Positions 30,796-40,171 are shown, numbered from the stretch's first letter. The stretch: DNA of 64,000 nucleotides from Gammaproteobacteria bacterium (GCA_029287435.1 JARFRD010000063.1:5431-69430); one strand, 5' to 3'. The notes: generated by a model not told the origin, from the sequence alone. Program-made: numbers and translations.

Positions 30796-31782
30796 TCACT
30801 CTTTGCCCTTTTTCCAGTTTGCGCGCAGGTCTTTTTCAATCGACAGACGATAAAACCTCACCGCATTCCCCAGTGCCAGTTTCTGTCTTACGTCGACAGG
30901 TAATTGGCTCAGCCAGCGACGATGAAAAGCGAGCACCTCAGTAACGTGGTTCCAGCCCGTGTTGGCTCCTTCCCATGTGGCAGTACCCTCGTAGTAGTAG
31001 GGATCGGAACCGAGCATGATGCGGTCCTGGAATTCCATAACCAGGTCATGCCATTCAGGCAGCAGCTTGCCATCATCATCAACTATCGGATTGGTCTTTC
31101 CATAGCGCATATGATCCCTTGCTGACAGGTCGGCCCAGACATTTGGACAGGCGCGCATTAGTTTGCCTACGCGAGATGGGCGAAGTCTGCTACCGGCATG
31201 AACCCAGACAATCCTGGCCCTTGGGTGACGCTGGCACAACGGGAGAAAATACAGGTGGCTTGATGCCTCGGCATGAATCAGGGCCGGGACATCGAACTCC
31301 TCGGCCAGATCGAGGATGCCATCGATGATCTCGTTGCGATGCTTAAGCGAGGGCGTAAAACCGGATATTAGATGCATCTCGCCCAGTCCCTTGTAACGCC
31401 CTGATGCCAGTGCGTCTCTCGCTGCTGGCAGGACACGTTCATCGAAGAACCAGTCGGCCTTTCGCTCCGCTTCCAGGTAAGGCATGAAAAACGGTATGAT
31501 CCAGCCACCAGATGCCTCTGCCAGCTCTAGTGCCAGTGCCGGTGGTCTACTCGACACGATGCCAAAGACCACATTGTTCTCTATTAACACCCGCAGAGCA
31601 TCGCCGGTTTCGGTTATCTCTGCCTGGTCTGCGTTGTAGTGCAGGTGAGTGTCTGCGAATGGTTGCATTTCCGCAGCCATCATCTGGTTACTGGATGCTG
31701 CATAGAGTAGTATTATGGCAGCAGCCATGTAGATGAGGTTGTTTAATTTCAGGGATATTTTTTTTACTGAGAATATGTTCAT
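30796..31782 (-). CDS. amidohydrolase-family (TIM-barrel metal-dependent hydrolase) protein with an N-terminal signal/TM segment
   Basis: 328 aa with FADTHLHYN (the H-x-H metal motif) near the N-terminus and later His/Asp motifs (WVHAG, DLSARD). Confidence 0.7.
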   Translation of the reverse strand: MNIFSVKKISLKLNNLIYMAAAIILLYAASSNQMMAAEMQPFADTHLHYNADQAEITETGDALRVLIENNVVFGIVSSRPPALALELAEASGGWIIPFFMPYLEAERKADWFFDERVLPAARDALASGRYKGLGEMHLISGFTPSLKHRNEIIDGILDLAEEFDVPALIHAEASSHLYFLPLCQRHPRARIVWVHAGSRLRPSRVGKLMRACPNVWADLSARDHMRYGKTNPIVDDDGKLLPEWHDLVMEFQDRIMLGSDPYYYEGTATWEGANTGWNHVTEVLAFHRRWLSQLPVDVRQKLALGNAVRFYRLSIEKDLRANWKKGKE

Positions 31783-31862
31783 ATCAAATATGTAGATTCC
31801 AGTGCTAATGCAACAATAACATGTTAAGTTCCAAACAGTACGTATTTCACAGGAGCATACTA

Positions 31863-31885
31863 TTAAGCGTAATGTTAAGCGTAAT
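31863..31885. repeat. Tandem direct repeat TTAAGCGTAAT x2 in the divergent promoter region between the amidohydrolase and GlcG-like genes
   Basis: The sequence ttaagcgtaatgttaagcgtaat was read directly. Confidence 0.45.
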
Positions 31886-32019
31886 AAGTGTCACTGGACA
31901 TCGTTTTCTGCACTGTCAGGTGTAGGACGACGCTTTGCTGAGAGAACACTATTTTGCTTTTATTAAATAGTCTGCTAATGAAGCTGGTAAACCATAACTC
32001 ATTAAGGAGTAAAGATCAC

Positions 32020-32517
32020 ATGAAAAAACACACCCTAATGCTAACAATCGCTGCATTATTAAACACAGGTGCTGCACAGGCCGATGATCCCATGGTGCTG
32101 CCTGTCCAGCGTCTCGCTATGGATATGGCTGTAAAGGCCGCACAGGCAACAATTGCTGCCTGCCGTAAAGAGGGGCTGAGCGTAGCAGTTACGGTAATTG
32201 ACCGCGGTGGTCATTCCCAGGTAGTACTCAGGGATTCTCTGGCGATGCCAATTACTGTGCCGATCAGCAAGCAGAAAGCCTACGCTGCATTGAATTTCAA
32301 TTCTCCGACATCAGAACTTGAATCCCGCTTTACCTCACCGTTCGCACCACCAAAGATAGACGGTTTGATAACCTCTGCAGGTGGTTTGCCTATTACTGCT
32401 GGTAGCACGATCCTTGGTGGTATCGGAGTCAGTGGCGCGCCGTCCGGTACAACCGACGAAGCCTGTGCAGCGGCTGGTCTCAAGGCCATCAATGACGACC
32501 TCGAAATGGCGATGTAA
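32020..32517 (+). CDS. GlcG/HbpS-like (DUF336) heme-binding protein. Start taken at the internal ATG with an AAGGAG RBS (MKKHTLML...).
   Basis: About 165 aa with a signal peptide and the DUF336 C-terminal motif GGLPITAGSTILGGIGVSGAPSGTTDEACAAAGL. Confidence 0.75.
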   Translation: MKKHTLMLTIAALLNTGAAQADDPMVLPVQRLAMDMAVKAAQATIAACRKEGLSVAVTVIDRGGHSQVVLRDSLAMPITVPISKQKAYAALNFNSPTSELESRFTSPFAPPKIDGLITSAGGLPITAGSTILGGIGVSGAPSGTTDEACAAAGLKAINDDLEMAM

Positions 32518-32537
32518 GGAGGGAAGGGAAAGACTAT

Positions 32538-32602
32538 GGATGAAAGATTAAAGATAAGAAGAGGGTCTTAAACGGTATTGTTTTCTTCTTTATCTTTCAT
32601 CC
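32538..32602. terminator. Long imperfect AT-rich hairpin (GGATGAAAGAT...ATCTTTCATCC arms) followed by tandem TTTATCTTTC units; likely terminator or REP-like element
   Basis: The 11-bp perfect outer arms and extended imperfect inner arms were read directly. It lies between the GlcG-like gene and phoU. Confidence 0.35.
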
Positions 32603-32682
32603 TTTATCTTTCGTCTTTGATCTCAAATCCCGGTTTATTGGTATTATTTAGCAGGCACCGGGACTATACCGAGTAGACAATA

Positions 32683-33342
32683 ATGCCAGCACAGACACAG
32701 ATGATCGACCGCCGTGAAAGCAGTGTACGCAAACTGCTAGCCGGCCTGTTCGAATCGGTAGACAAGGCCTTGGGCGATGCTCTGCTGTGCATCAGGCATC
32801 ATGACATCCAGCTGGCGCAGACGATCATTGATGGTGATGCTGAAATCAATAAACTGTATCACCGTACTGAGGAAGAGTGTGTGGCAGTTATTGCGCGTAT
32901 GCAGCCGATGGCTCGTGATCTTCGTGAACTAATCGCAGACATGCAGATCGCCTCCGAGCTTGAACGCATCGGCGACTATGCTGCCAATGTGGCCAGTAAT
33001 GTGCAGCAAATGAAGGCCTCACCCCCTGAGGAGATTGCCAAAGCAGTTGGGCATCTTGGTGAACTTTGCAGACAAATGCTGGCCAGCGTCTGGAAGGCCT
33101 ACCGGGATCACGACAGACAGTGGGCCCGCGAAGCCGCCGAGGTGGACAACCAGGTCGATGACACTGAGCAGGATATTATCAGACAGGTGTTTGACTGGCA
33201 GAGCAAACATCCGGATGATTTCATGATCTCCACTCATACCCTGTGGATCACACATAGCTTTGAGCGAATAGGTGACCGAGCAACTAACATCGCCGAGCGT
33301 GTGGTCTACATTGCAACAAGTAAGACTGAAGACCTCAATTAA
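32683..33342 (+). CDS. phoU: phosphate signalling/transport regulator PhoU
   Basis: 219 aa with two PhoU repeats (ELERIGDYAANVA, FERIGDRATNIAE). Confidence 0.85.
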   Translation: MPAQTQMIDRRESSVRKLLAGLFESVDKALGDALLCIRHHDIQLAQTIIDGDAEINKLYHRTEEECVAVIARMQPMARDLRELIADMQIASELERIGDYAANVASNVQQMKASPPEEIAKAVGHLGELCRQMLASVWKAYRDHDRQWAREAAEVDNQVDDTEQDIIRQVFDWQSKHPDDFMISTHTLWITHSFERIGDRATNIAERVVYIATSKTEDLN

Positions 33343-33355
33343 CTACATTCACGTA

Positions 33356-35134
33356 TTATAACGGCCAAACCCACAGTATCACCGGAATCGATACCAGCAC
33401 TATAAGTAGCTCGAGCGGTAGCCCCATGCGCCAGTAGTCTCCGAAACGGTAACCACCGGGCCCCATAATCAGCGTATTGTTCTTGTGCCCGATGGGCGTC
33501 AGAAAGGCACAGGATGCTGCCACGGCTACAGTCATCAGAAACGGATCGGCATTGACTCCAAGGCGGTTGGCAATATCGACCGCAATCGGTGCCGCAATAA
33601 CAGCCGTCGCTGTATTGTTCATGACGTCTGACAGGGTCATGGTGACCACCATCAGCAGGGTCAGCACGACCACCGGTGAGTAACCGGCCGACATCGTGGT
33701 AATTGTTTCGGCTATTAATGCCGTACCACCACTCGATTCCAGTGCACTGCCAATCGGGATCATTGAGCCCAGTAATACGATTACCGGCCACTCGATGGAG
33801 TCATAGACATGGCGCGCCGGTACGATATTGAACATCACGTAACTGGCAACCACTGCCGCCAGTGCGATTGGCAGGTAAAGCAGTCCAAAGCTGGCTGATG
33901 CTATCGCTGCGGCAAACAGGCCGACAGCCAGCCAGGCTTTGTGGCGCTTGATGAGGTCGAGACTGCGACCCGCCAGAGGCAGGGCGCCGAGCCAGTAGGT
34001 GATCTCTGCCAACAGGTCGCTGGCACCGTATAATAATAGTACATCACCTTCTTTAATCTGCAGCTGGCGTACACGTTCACGGAATTGTTTTCCCTGCCGC
34101 GATACCCCCAGCAGTGTCACGCCATGTCGGTATTGCAGCTGCAGGGACTCAGCCGTCCGACCTTCTATCCTGGCGCCGTCGGGCACCACCACTTCCCACA
34201 GCGACATGTCTTCACCGCTAAGAGGGCTGGTATCCTTGCCCTTGCTGGAAAAATCGAGTTTAAGAGCACCGACGAACCTGTCCATGTCTTCCGGTGCTGC
34301 ATCGACAACCAGGATATCGCCTTTGCGAATTTCTACCAGCCTGGCCTGACCGGGCTGGCGCTTGCCGCGTCGTACCAGACCAACGATGGCCACATCGTTT
34401 TCATCGGCGATCTTATCGAGATCCCGTACACGCTGTTTGATGGCAGGTGATCCCTCCGCTACATGCAGTTCCGCGATGTAGCCGCTGACATCAAGCAATT
34501 CCTGTGTAGAATCATGGCTGACGCGGTCTTTGGGTAGCAGTCGCCAGCCCACCAGTGTCACGAATAGCACGCCGACCGCGGCACACGCCAGTCCAACCGG
34601 TGCGAAGTCGAACATGCTAAAACTCTCACCTAGCGAGCTCTGACGAAACTCTGCAATGATGATGTTGGGCGGTGTTCCTATCAGTGTAATCATGCCACCA
34701 AGTATCGATGCGAAGGATAAAGGCATAAGTGTCAGCGACGGACTTCGCTTCGCTTTTGCGGCAGCCTGGATGTCTACCGGCATCAACATGGCCAGAGCGG
34801 CGACATTATTCATCACGGCTGACAGCGCAGCTGAAATCCCAGCCATCACGGCGATATGTGTCTGTAGCGATACCGCGAAACGGCTGACCTGTTTGGCAAT
34901 CAGTTCAATAGCACCAGAGTTTGACAGGCCCTTGCTGACGATTAACACCAGTGCAATGATGATTGTGGCGGGATGGCCGAATCCGGAAAAGGCTTCTTGC
35001 TTCGGAACAACGCCCATTATCAGTGCGGCAATCAAAGCGACAAAGGCTACAAGATCATAGCGCCAACGACCCCAGATCAGGAATACAAAAACGAACAACA
35101 GTAATCCAAATAGTTGTGCCTGGTCAGTCGTCAT
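33356..35134 (-). CDS. DASS/SLC13-family anion transporter with two central TrkA-C (RCK_C) domains
   Basis: 592 aa with N- and C-terminal permease repeats flanking two cytoplasmic TrkA-C domains (LHVAEGSPAIKQRVRDL..., LQIKEGDVLLLYG). Confidence 0.8.
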   Translation of the reverse strand: MTTDQAQLFGLLLFVFVFLIWGRWRYDLVAFVALIAALIMGVVPKQEAFSGFGHPATIIIALVLIVSKGLSNSGAIELIAKQVSRFAVSLQTHIAVMAGISAALSAVMNNVAALAMLMPVDIQAAAKAKRSPSLTLMPLSFASILGGMITLIGTPPNIIIAEFRQSSLGESFSMFDFAPVGLACAAVGVLFVTLVGWRLLPKDRVSHDSTQELLDVSGYIAELHVAEGSPAIKQRVRDLDKIADENDVAIVGLVRRGKRQPGQARLVEIRKGDILVVDAAPEDMDRFVGALKLDFSSKGKDTSPLSGEDMSLWEVVVPDGARIEGRTAESLQLQYRHGVTLLGVSRQGKQFRERVRQLQIKEGDVLLLYGASDLLAEITYWLGALPLAGRSLDLIKRHKAWLAVGLFAAAIASASFGLLYLPIALAAVVASYVMFNIVPARHVYDSIEWPVIVLLGSMIPIGSALESSGGTALIAETITTMSAGYSPVVVLTLLMVVTMTLSDVMNNTATAVIAAPIAVDIANRLGVNADPFLMTVAVAASCAFLTPIGHKNNTLIMGPGGYRFGDYWRMGLPLELLIVLVSIPVILWVWPL

Positions 35135-35252
35135 GATCGCTCAAATAGTTTGATTGCAACGCCGAAGGTAAGAGGCCATTGTATATGTATCCTGTGTGAT
35201 AGTTGCTGGTGCATGATATAAAATCATAAATATCAGGTGTAGCTATTCATCT

Positions 35253-35270
35253 GCAGTTGATTACTACAAT
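35253..35270. promoter_or_regulatory. Operator-like palindrome GCAGT-tgatt-ACTAC; shares a 16-nt identical core (agttgattactacaat) with the site upstream of the HxlR-family gene
   Basis: Exact 16-mer shared between 35255-35270 and 38655-38670. It lies about 120 bp upstream of the DASS transporter start and overlaps the glgP-paralog stop codon. Confidence 0.45.
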
Positions 35271-37747
35271 TCCACCGGTACGGCCGTTATATTCCAGATA
35301 TTGCTGCAATAATCCCTAATAGAACGGTCCGACGAGAATTTGCCGATCCGTGCAACATTCAGAATGGACATACGGGTCCAGTGTTCTGTATCACGAAATG
35401 CCTGGTCGACTCCGTCCTGACAATTTACGTAACTGCGATAGTCGGCCAGCACCATAAAGGGGTCACGCTGCAGCAGTTTGTTCACCAACGGCTGGAATAT
35501 TTTTGTCTCTCCATGGCAAAAGAAACCGCTGTCGATGAGGTCGATAGCTGCTTTCAACTCGGGATCGGCATGGTAGATATCGCTTGGATTAAACCCGTTG
35601 CGGCTCTTCTCGGCAACCTGCTCGGCTGTCAAGCCGAACAGGAAAAAATTCTCCTGACCTACTTGTTCCCGGATTTCAATATTGGCGCCATCCAGTGTCC
35701 CGATGGTCAGTGCACCGTTCATGGATAACTTCATATTTCCAGTGCCTGATGCTTCCATGCCCGCTGTGGAGATCTGCTCGGAAAGGTCTGCTGCCGGAAA
35801 GATTCGCTGGCCGCGCTTGACACCGAAATCAGGTACAAACACTACCTTGATACGGCCTGCAACATCGGGGTCATTGTTGACCACATCAGCGACAGCATTG
35901 ATTAGCTTGATGATGAGCCTGGCCATCAAATAACTGGGGGCTGCCTTGCCACCAAAGATGAAAGTACGAGGGCTGATATCAATGCCCGGGTCCAGCTTGA
36001 TGCGGTTGTATAGCGTCACTATGTGCAGCAGATTAAGATGTTGACGCTTGTATTCATGGATACGCTTGACCTGGATATCGAACAGAGATGAAGCATCAAC
36101 CCGTATACCGATATTTTTTTCCATCCAGTCTGCTAAATCACGCTTGACAGCAATTTTAATCTTACGCCAGCGGTGACAGAATTCATCGTCCTCTAGAAAC
36201 CGCTCAAGTCCCTGCAATTGATTCAAATCCCTGATCCAGCCAGTGCCAAGCTTTTCAGTCAGTAGCGCGCTTAAACCCGGATTGCTCAGCACCATAAAAC
36301 GTCGCGGTGTTACACCATTTGTCACATTGCTGATCTTGTCCGGCCATAGCTCGTGAAAATCTTTCAGTACTGTCGATTTGAGTAACTCGGTGTGCAATTC
36401 AGCAACCCCGTTAATGGCATAGCTACCGACGCAGGCAAGGTTCGCCATACGCACATGACCACCACCTTTTTCGTCGATAATGGACATGCGTTCGACATGA
36501 CCGCCGTCGTCAGTTAAAAAGTGCATACGCACATCATCGAGGAAACGCTTATTGATCTCATAGATGATCTCGAGGTGGCGTGGCAACAGGCGCTGGAACA
36601 GCTTTAGTGACCAGGTTTCCAGGGCTTCGGGGAGCAGCGTGTGGTTGGTATAGGCAAAGCAGCGATGTGTGATGTCCCAGGCCTTGTCCCATGTCATATG
36701 ATGCTCGTCCATCAGCAGACGCATCAACTCTGGCACTGCTATTGCCGGGTGTGTATCATTGAGTTGTACGGTGAACTTTTCATGAAAGTGATCGAGCGAG
36801 TCCGCACCTCTCAGGTTTAGACGGATCATGTCTTTCAGCGAGCAGGAGACAAAGAAGTACTGCTGTTTGAGTCGCAGTTCCTTGCCGGCGTCCGGCTCAT
36901 TATTTGGATACAGTACCTTGGAGATATTCTCTGCCTCTATCTTTGCACGCACTGCTTCGTAGTAATCCCCTACATTGAAGGCCTGGAAGTCAAACGACTT
37001 GGCCGCTTCAGCCTTCCACAGACGTAGCAGATTTGTATTGTTTACACCGTAGCCGAGGATCGGTGTATCGTAGGCCATACCGTTGACGACCAGTTCCGGT
37101 ACCCATCTTACGTGCAGATTGCCATCATCACCGGTGTAATGCTCTGTATAGCCGCCAAAGCCAACACCAAACCTGAGTTTGGGGCGGGGCAACTCCCAGG
37201 GATTGCCATTATGCAGCCAGGTGTCACTTCTCTCTACCTGCCAGCCGTCTACGATCAGCTGGTCAAAGATGCCGAATTCGTAGCGTATACCATAACCAAT
37301 GGCCGGTATTTGCAGGGTGGCGAGTGAATCCATATAACAGGCGGCCAGTCGCCCCAGGCCACCATTGCCGAGACCCGGCTCAACTTCGGTTTCCAGTATC
37401 TCCTCGATGTCCAGTCCCATCTTCTCAGATGCCTCGTAGGCCTTTTCCATGATGCCCATATTAATCATGTTGTTGCCGAGATGGGGACCGAGAAGGTATT
37501 CAGCGGACAGGTAACAGACAGTGCGGGCACATTGCTGCTTGTATGTCTGGGCACTTTTTATCCAGCGCTCAAGCATACGATCTCGTACTGTATATGCAGC
37601 TGCCATGTAGCGATCGTTGGCACTGGAAAATTCGTAAGACCTGCCTTGAAGATAAAACAGGTTGTCGTTGTATGCCCTCTCGAGGGCATCAATAGTCAGG
37701 CCAGTGCGAGTATGTTCGTTGTTGGTGGTCTTATTCTGCATAGACAT
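35264..37747 (-). CDS. second glycogen/maltodextrin phosphorylase paralog (GT35). Start taken at internal MSMQNK...
   Basis: About 827 aa with EASGTGNMKLSMNGALTIGTLDGANIE and LSAEYLLGPHL. It is a clear paralog of the operon glgP, not a duplicate. Confidence 0.85.
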   Translation of the reverse strand: MSMQNKTTNNEHTRTGLTIDALERAYNDNLFYLQGRSYEFSSANDRYMAAAYTVRDRMLERWIKSAQTYKQQCARTVCYLSAEYLLGPHLGNNMINMGIMEKAYEASEKMGLDIEEILETEVEPGLGNGGLGRLAACYMDSLATLQIPAIGYGIRYEFGIFDQLIVDGWQVERSDTWLHNGNPWELPRPKLRFGVGFGGYTEHYTGDDGNLHVRWVPELVVNGMAYDTPILGYGVNNTNLLRLWKAEAAKSFDFQAFNVGDYYEAVRAKIEAENISKVLYPNNEPDAGKELRLKQQYFFVSCSLKDMIRLNLRGADSLDHFHEKFTVQLNDTHPAIAVPELMRLLMDEHHMTWDKAWDITHRCFAYTNHTLLPEALETWSLKLFQRLLPRHLEIIYEINKRFLDDVRMHFLTDDGGHVERMSIIDEKGGGHVRMANLACVGSYAINGVAELHTELLKSTVLKDFHELWPDKISNVTNGVTPRRFMVLSNPGLSALLTEKLGTGWIRDLNQLQGLERFLEDDEFCHRWRKIKIAVKRDLADWMEKNIGIRVDASSLFDIQVKRIHEYKRQHLNLLHIVTLYNRIKLDPGIDISPRTFIFGGKAAPSYLMARLIIKLINAVADVVNNDPDVAGRIKVVFVPDFGVKRGQRIFPAADLSEQISTAGMEASGTGNMKLSMNGALTIGTLDGANIEIREQVGQENFFLFGLTAEQVAEKSRNGFNPSDIYHADPELKAAIDLIDSGFFCHGETKIFQPLVNKLLQRDPFMVLADYRSYVNCQDGVDQAFRDTEHWTRMSILNVARIGKFSSDRSIRDYCSNIWNITAVPVEL

Positions 37748-37929
37748 TTCACTTTTTGTAAATCTACAGGGAGTGTGACATAGCGAGCGATGACCAGGAA
37801 AAACCGTTATCAACCCCTGTCCACAGTGGGGCTTCCAGTTAGAAGATCCAGTGAATAAGGGATTGCCTGTCAGATATCACATAAACTCGCAATATATAAT
37901 CGTAAAACTTTTCCTCTTTTACTAGATAC

Positions 37930-38616
37930 TTACTGAATCGCCGTAGCAGGTGGTATACCAGAGAAAAAACTGGAAGAAAGCCAGCTGGTCACATTGCGCG
38001 TCAGCGCAGACGGACCAACCAGTTTTAATCGACCATCGCTTACCGCATTTTTATATGGCGTATCGCCCATCCAGACTTCTATCATGGTACGCAAGTCGGT
38101 GGTGAAATATACATCGACATCTTTTCCCGGATCACGCACACAAACGTCAGTGTCGTCATCTGTAACGACTATCCACCAGTTGCTGAATTGATCGATATCA
38201 GTAAACTTGAAGCGAATAATGGTTTCATTACCAGGTAGTTTGTCCGGTCGAATACTTCGTTTCAGGTAAAGCATCAGTAATTCCAGATCAAGATCTGTAT
38301 CATCCATTTTACCGCGCGCCCAGCGCATACCCCAGTTTCCAATGGATTCCACTACCGGCAGTAATTCATTGCCCATTTCAGTAAGGAAGTATTCATAACC
38401 GCGTTGGCCGGGTATTTTTTTGCGTATGACAATACCAGCATCGCTCAACTCATTGAGTCGTCTGGTAAGCATGGTCGGAGAGATCTGGTTGAGGCCACGC
38501 TGTAATTCATTGAAACGACTGCCACCCATCAGCAGTTCGCGAACGATAAGAATTGTCCAACGTTCACCAAGCACTTCAAGTGCCTTTGCAACCGGACAGA
38601 ACTGACCATATTCCAC
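37930..38616 (-). CDS. HxlR-family (DUF24 winged-helix) transcriptional regulator with an additional roughly 110-aa C-terminal domain
   Basis: Its N-terminus FCPVAKALEVLGERWTILIVRELLMGGSRFNELQRGLNQISPTMLTRRLNELSDAGIV is the HxlR signature. The 228-aa total is about double the typical HxlR length. Confidence 0.75.
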   Translation of the reverse strand: MEYGQFCPVAKALEVLGERWTILIVRELLMGGSRFNELQRGLNQISPTMLTRRLNELSDAGIVIRKKIPGQRGYEYFLTEMGNELLPVVESIGNWGMRWARGKMDDTDLDLELLMLYLKRSIRPDKLPGNETIIRFKFTDIDQFSNWWIVVTDDDTDVCVRDPGKDVDVYFTTDLRTMIEVWMGDTPYKNAVSDGRLKLVGPSALTRNVTSWLSSSFFSGIPPATAIQ

Positions 38617-38650
38617 TGCTTTGCTCCCTTTAATCCAGTTAATCCAGTAT

Positions 38651-38692
38651 TAGTAGTTGATTACTACAATATGTGTAGTTTGATACTACAAA
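38651..38692. promoter_or_regulatory. Two tandem palindromes GTAGT-N5-ACTAC (tagtagttgattactacaat, gtgtagtttgatactacaaa) 35-75 bp upstream of the HxlR-family gene; putative autoregulatory operators
   Basis: Read directly from the sequence. The first is identical over 16 nt to the site at 35255-35270. Confidence 0.5.
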
Positions 38693-38788
38693 ATTGAAAG
38701 CATTCATACCAGTCTCCCAGCGCTAACATTTAACCATCGAATCACTACTCAGATTCGATCTCAACAAACCAGCTAAAGGAGAAATACC

Positions 38789-38962
38789 ATGAACATATCT
38801 ACCATAACAATGCCTCTTATCAACAACAAACAAAAACGCGTGATGCCCACCACTTCCAGGGGTCGATCTCTGTACATTGTTGACTGTTTCCTGAACGGCA
38901 GGCCCTTGTTGCACAATCATGACAATCCACAGTTATCAGTAAAAGATGTTCGCCGGAGCTGA
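38789..38962 (+). CDS. candidate small protein (57 aa: MNISTITMPLINNKQKRVMPTTSRGRSLYIVDCFLNGRPLLHNHDNPQLSVKDVRRS), below the ORF-track cutoff
   Basis: An AAAGGAG Shine-Dalgarno lies 7 nt upstream of the ATG, in the 608-bp gap between the HxlR and ICMT genes. No homology is recognised. Confidence 0.25.
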   Translation: MNISTITMPLINNKQKRVMPTTSRGRSLYIVDCFLNGRPLLHNHDNPQLSVKDVRRS

Positions 38963-39067
38963 TTTCCTACTCACCTTGAATTTCTGTGCATATCGGAATC
39001 AAGGTAAAACTAATCGAGACGACAAAGCGTTGCATAGGATTGGAAACAAACAAATGAGGATATTCAA

Positions 39068-39175
39068 ATGAACATTCTACAAAGTAAACAACAACAGGAT
39101 CTTAAACGCATCATCAAGCAAGCAAAGCTGGTGATGATAGAAATATTGAGTGGCCTTGCTTATACAGCGCCATAA
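39068..39175 (+). CDS. candidate small protein (35 aa: MNILQSKQQQDLKRIIKQAKLVMIEILSGLAYTAP)
   Basis: A GAGGA RBS lies 7 nt upstream. It begins MNI-, like the neighbouring small ORF. The call is very tentative. Confidence 0.2.
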   Translation: MNILQSKQQQDLKRIIKQAKLVMIEILSGLAYTAP

Positions 39176-39224
39176 ATTAGCCGCTACATAAGTAAAAATT
39201 AACGTAAACAAAGGAGATTGGAAA

Positions 39225-39986
39225 ATGTTTAAAAAATCACTGGTGCTGACATATGGTGTTGCTAGTTATGCGCTATTCTTCGTGGTATTTACCTATGCCA
39301 TTTTATTCATTGGTAATATCCTGGTAACACCTTCACTTGATTCGGTTGCTCATAACAACTTAATCGAAGCACTGATAATTGATATTGGTTTGCTCAGTGC
39401 GTTTGCATTGCAACACAGTATTATGGCAAGGCCAGCATTCAAGCGTTTGTGGATAAAAGTGATACCTGCAGAAGCTGAACGCAGCACCTATGTGTTGGCA
39501 TCATCACTGCTGCTGGCCGCTATCATTTATTTCTGGCAGCCACTGGGAGGAGTTATCTGGCAGGTTACCGATCCTGTAGCCATCGTCGTGATCTATTTAT
39601 TGTTCGCCACAGGATGGGGAATGCTGTTTCTTGCCTCATTCCAGATCAACCACTTCGACCTGTTTGGTCTACGCCAGGTATGGTTATACTTTCAGGGTAA
39701 GCCATATACACATCTTCCATTCAAAAAACCGTGGCTATATCGCTACATGCGCCACCCGCTGTATGTAGGGCTTATGATCGGTCTGTGGGCAGCACCAACG
39801 ATGACTGTTGCGCACCTGGTATTTGCAGTAATGTGCACCAGTTATATCTTTGTCGGTGCAAGACTGGAAGAACATGATCTGGAAAATGCACTGCCTGAAT
39901 ATAAGCAGTATAAAAAAGATGTACCGATGTTCCTGCCAGGTGTTGGCAGCAAAGCAGGAAAAAATGTCGCAGCTGAGACGTTCTAG
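39225..39986 (+). CDS. isoprenylcysteine carboxyl methyltransferase (ICMT)/NnrU-like family membrane methyltransferase (MddA-like)
   Basis: 253 aa, polytopic, with the C-terminal conserved RHPLYVGLMIGLWAAP...EE motif region (YRYMRHPLYVG...ARLEEHDLE) characteristic of the ICMT/PEMT family. It has a GGAG RBS. Confidence 0.7.
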   Translation: MFKKSLVLTYGVASYALFFVVFTYAILFIGNILVTPSLDSVAHNNLIEALIIDIGLLSAFALQHSIMARPAFKRLWIKVIPAEAERSTYVLASSLLLAAIIYFWQPLGGVIWQVTDPVAIVVIYLLFATGWGMLFLASFQINHFDLFGLRQVWLYFQGKPYTHLPFKKPWLYRYMRHPLYVGLMIGLWAAPTMTVAHLVFAVMCTSYIFVGARLEEHDLENALPEYKQYKKDVPMFLPGVGSKAGKNVAAETF

Positions 39987-40171
39987 CAGCGGCAAGCCCG
40001 GGAGCAGAGCCAGCTTTTTACTATTTGAAGATTAGCTTAGGATCTGATCCCGGGATTACTGTATCTACTAATATTAATATTATTAAGTAAATCTAAAACT
40101 TTTATTATTTATGGTAGAGTGAAGATAGACGTAATACCACCCATTTTAATAAGTAGTATTGGAGGGACGAT

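Noticed and set aside
33339-33791. Track ORF 33339..33791 (-), 150 aa, and other internal or antisense ORFs (e.g. 4616..5155, 7476..7928, 14591..14860, 18212..18532, 21391..21666)
   Set aside because: All lie inside, and out of frame with or antisense to, well-supported longer genes (DASS transporter, glgP, ppdK, csp, RND, NfeD). Their translations are compositionally biased and have no domain signatures.
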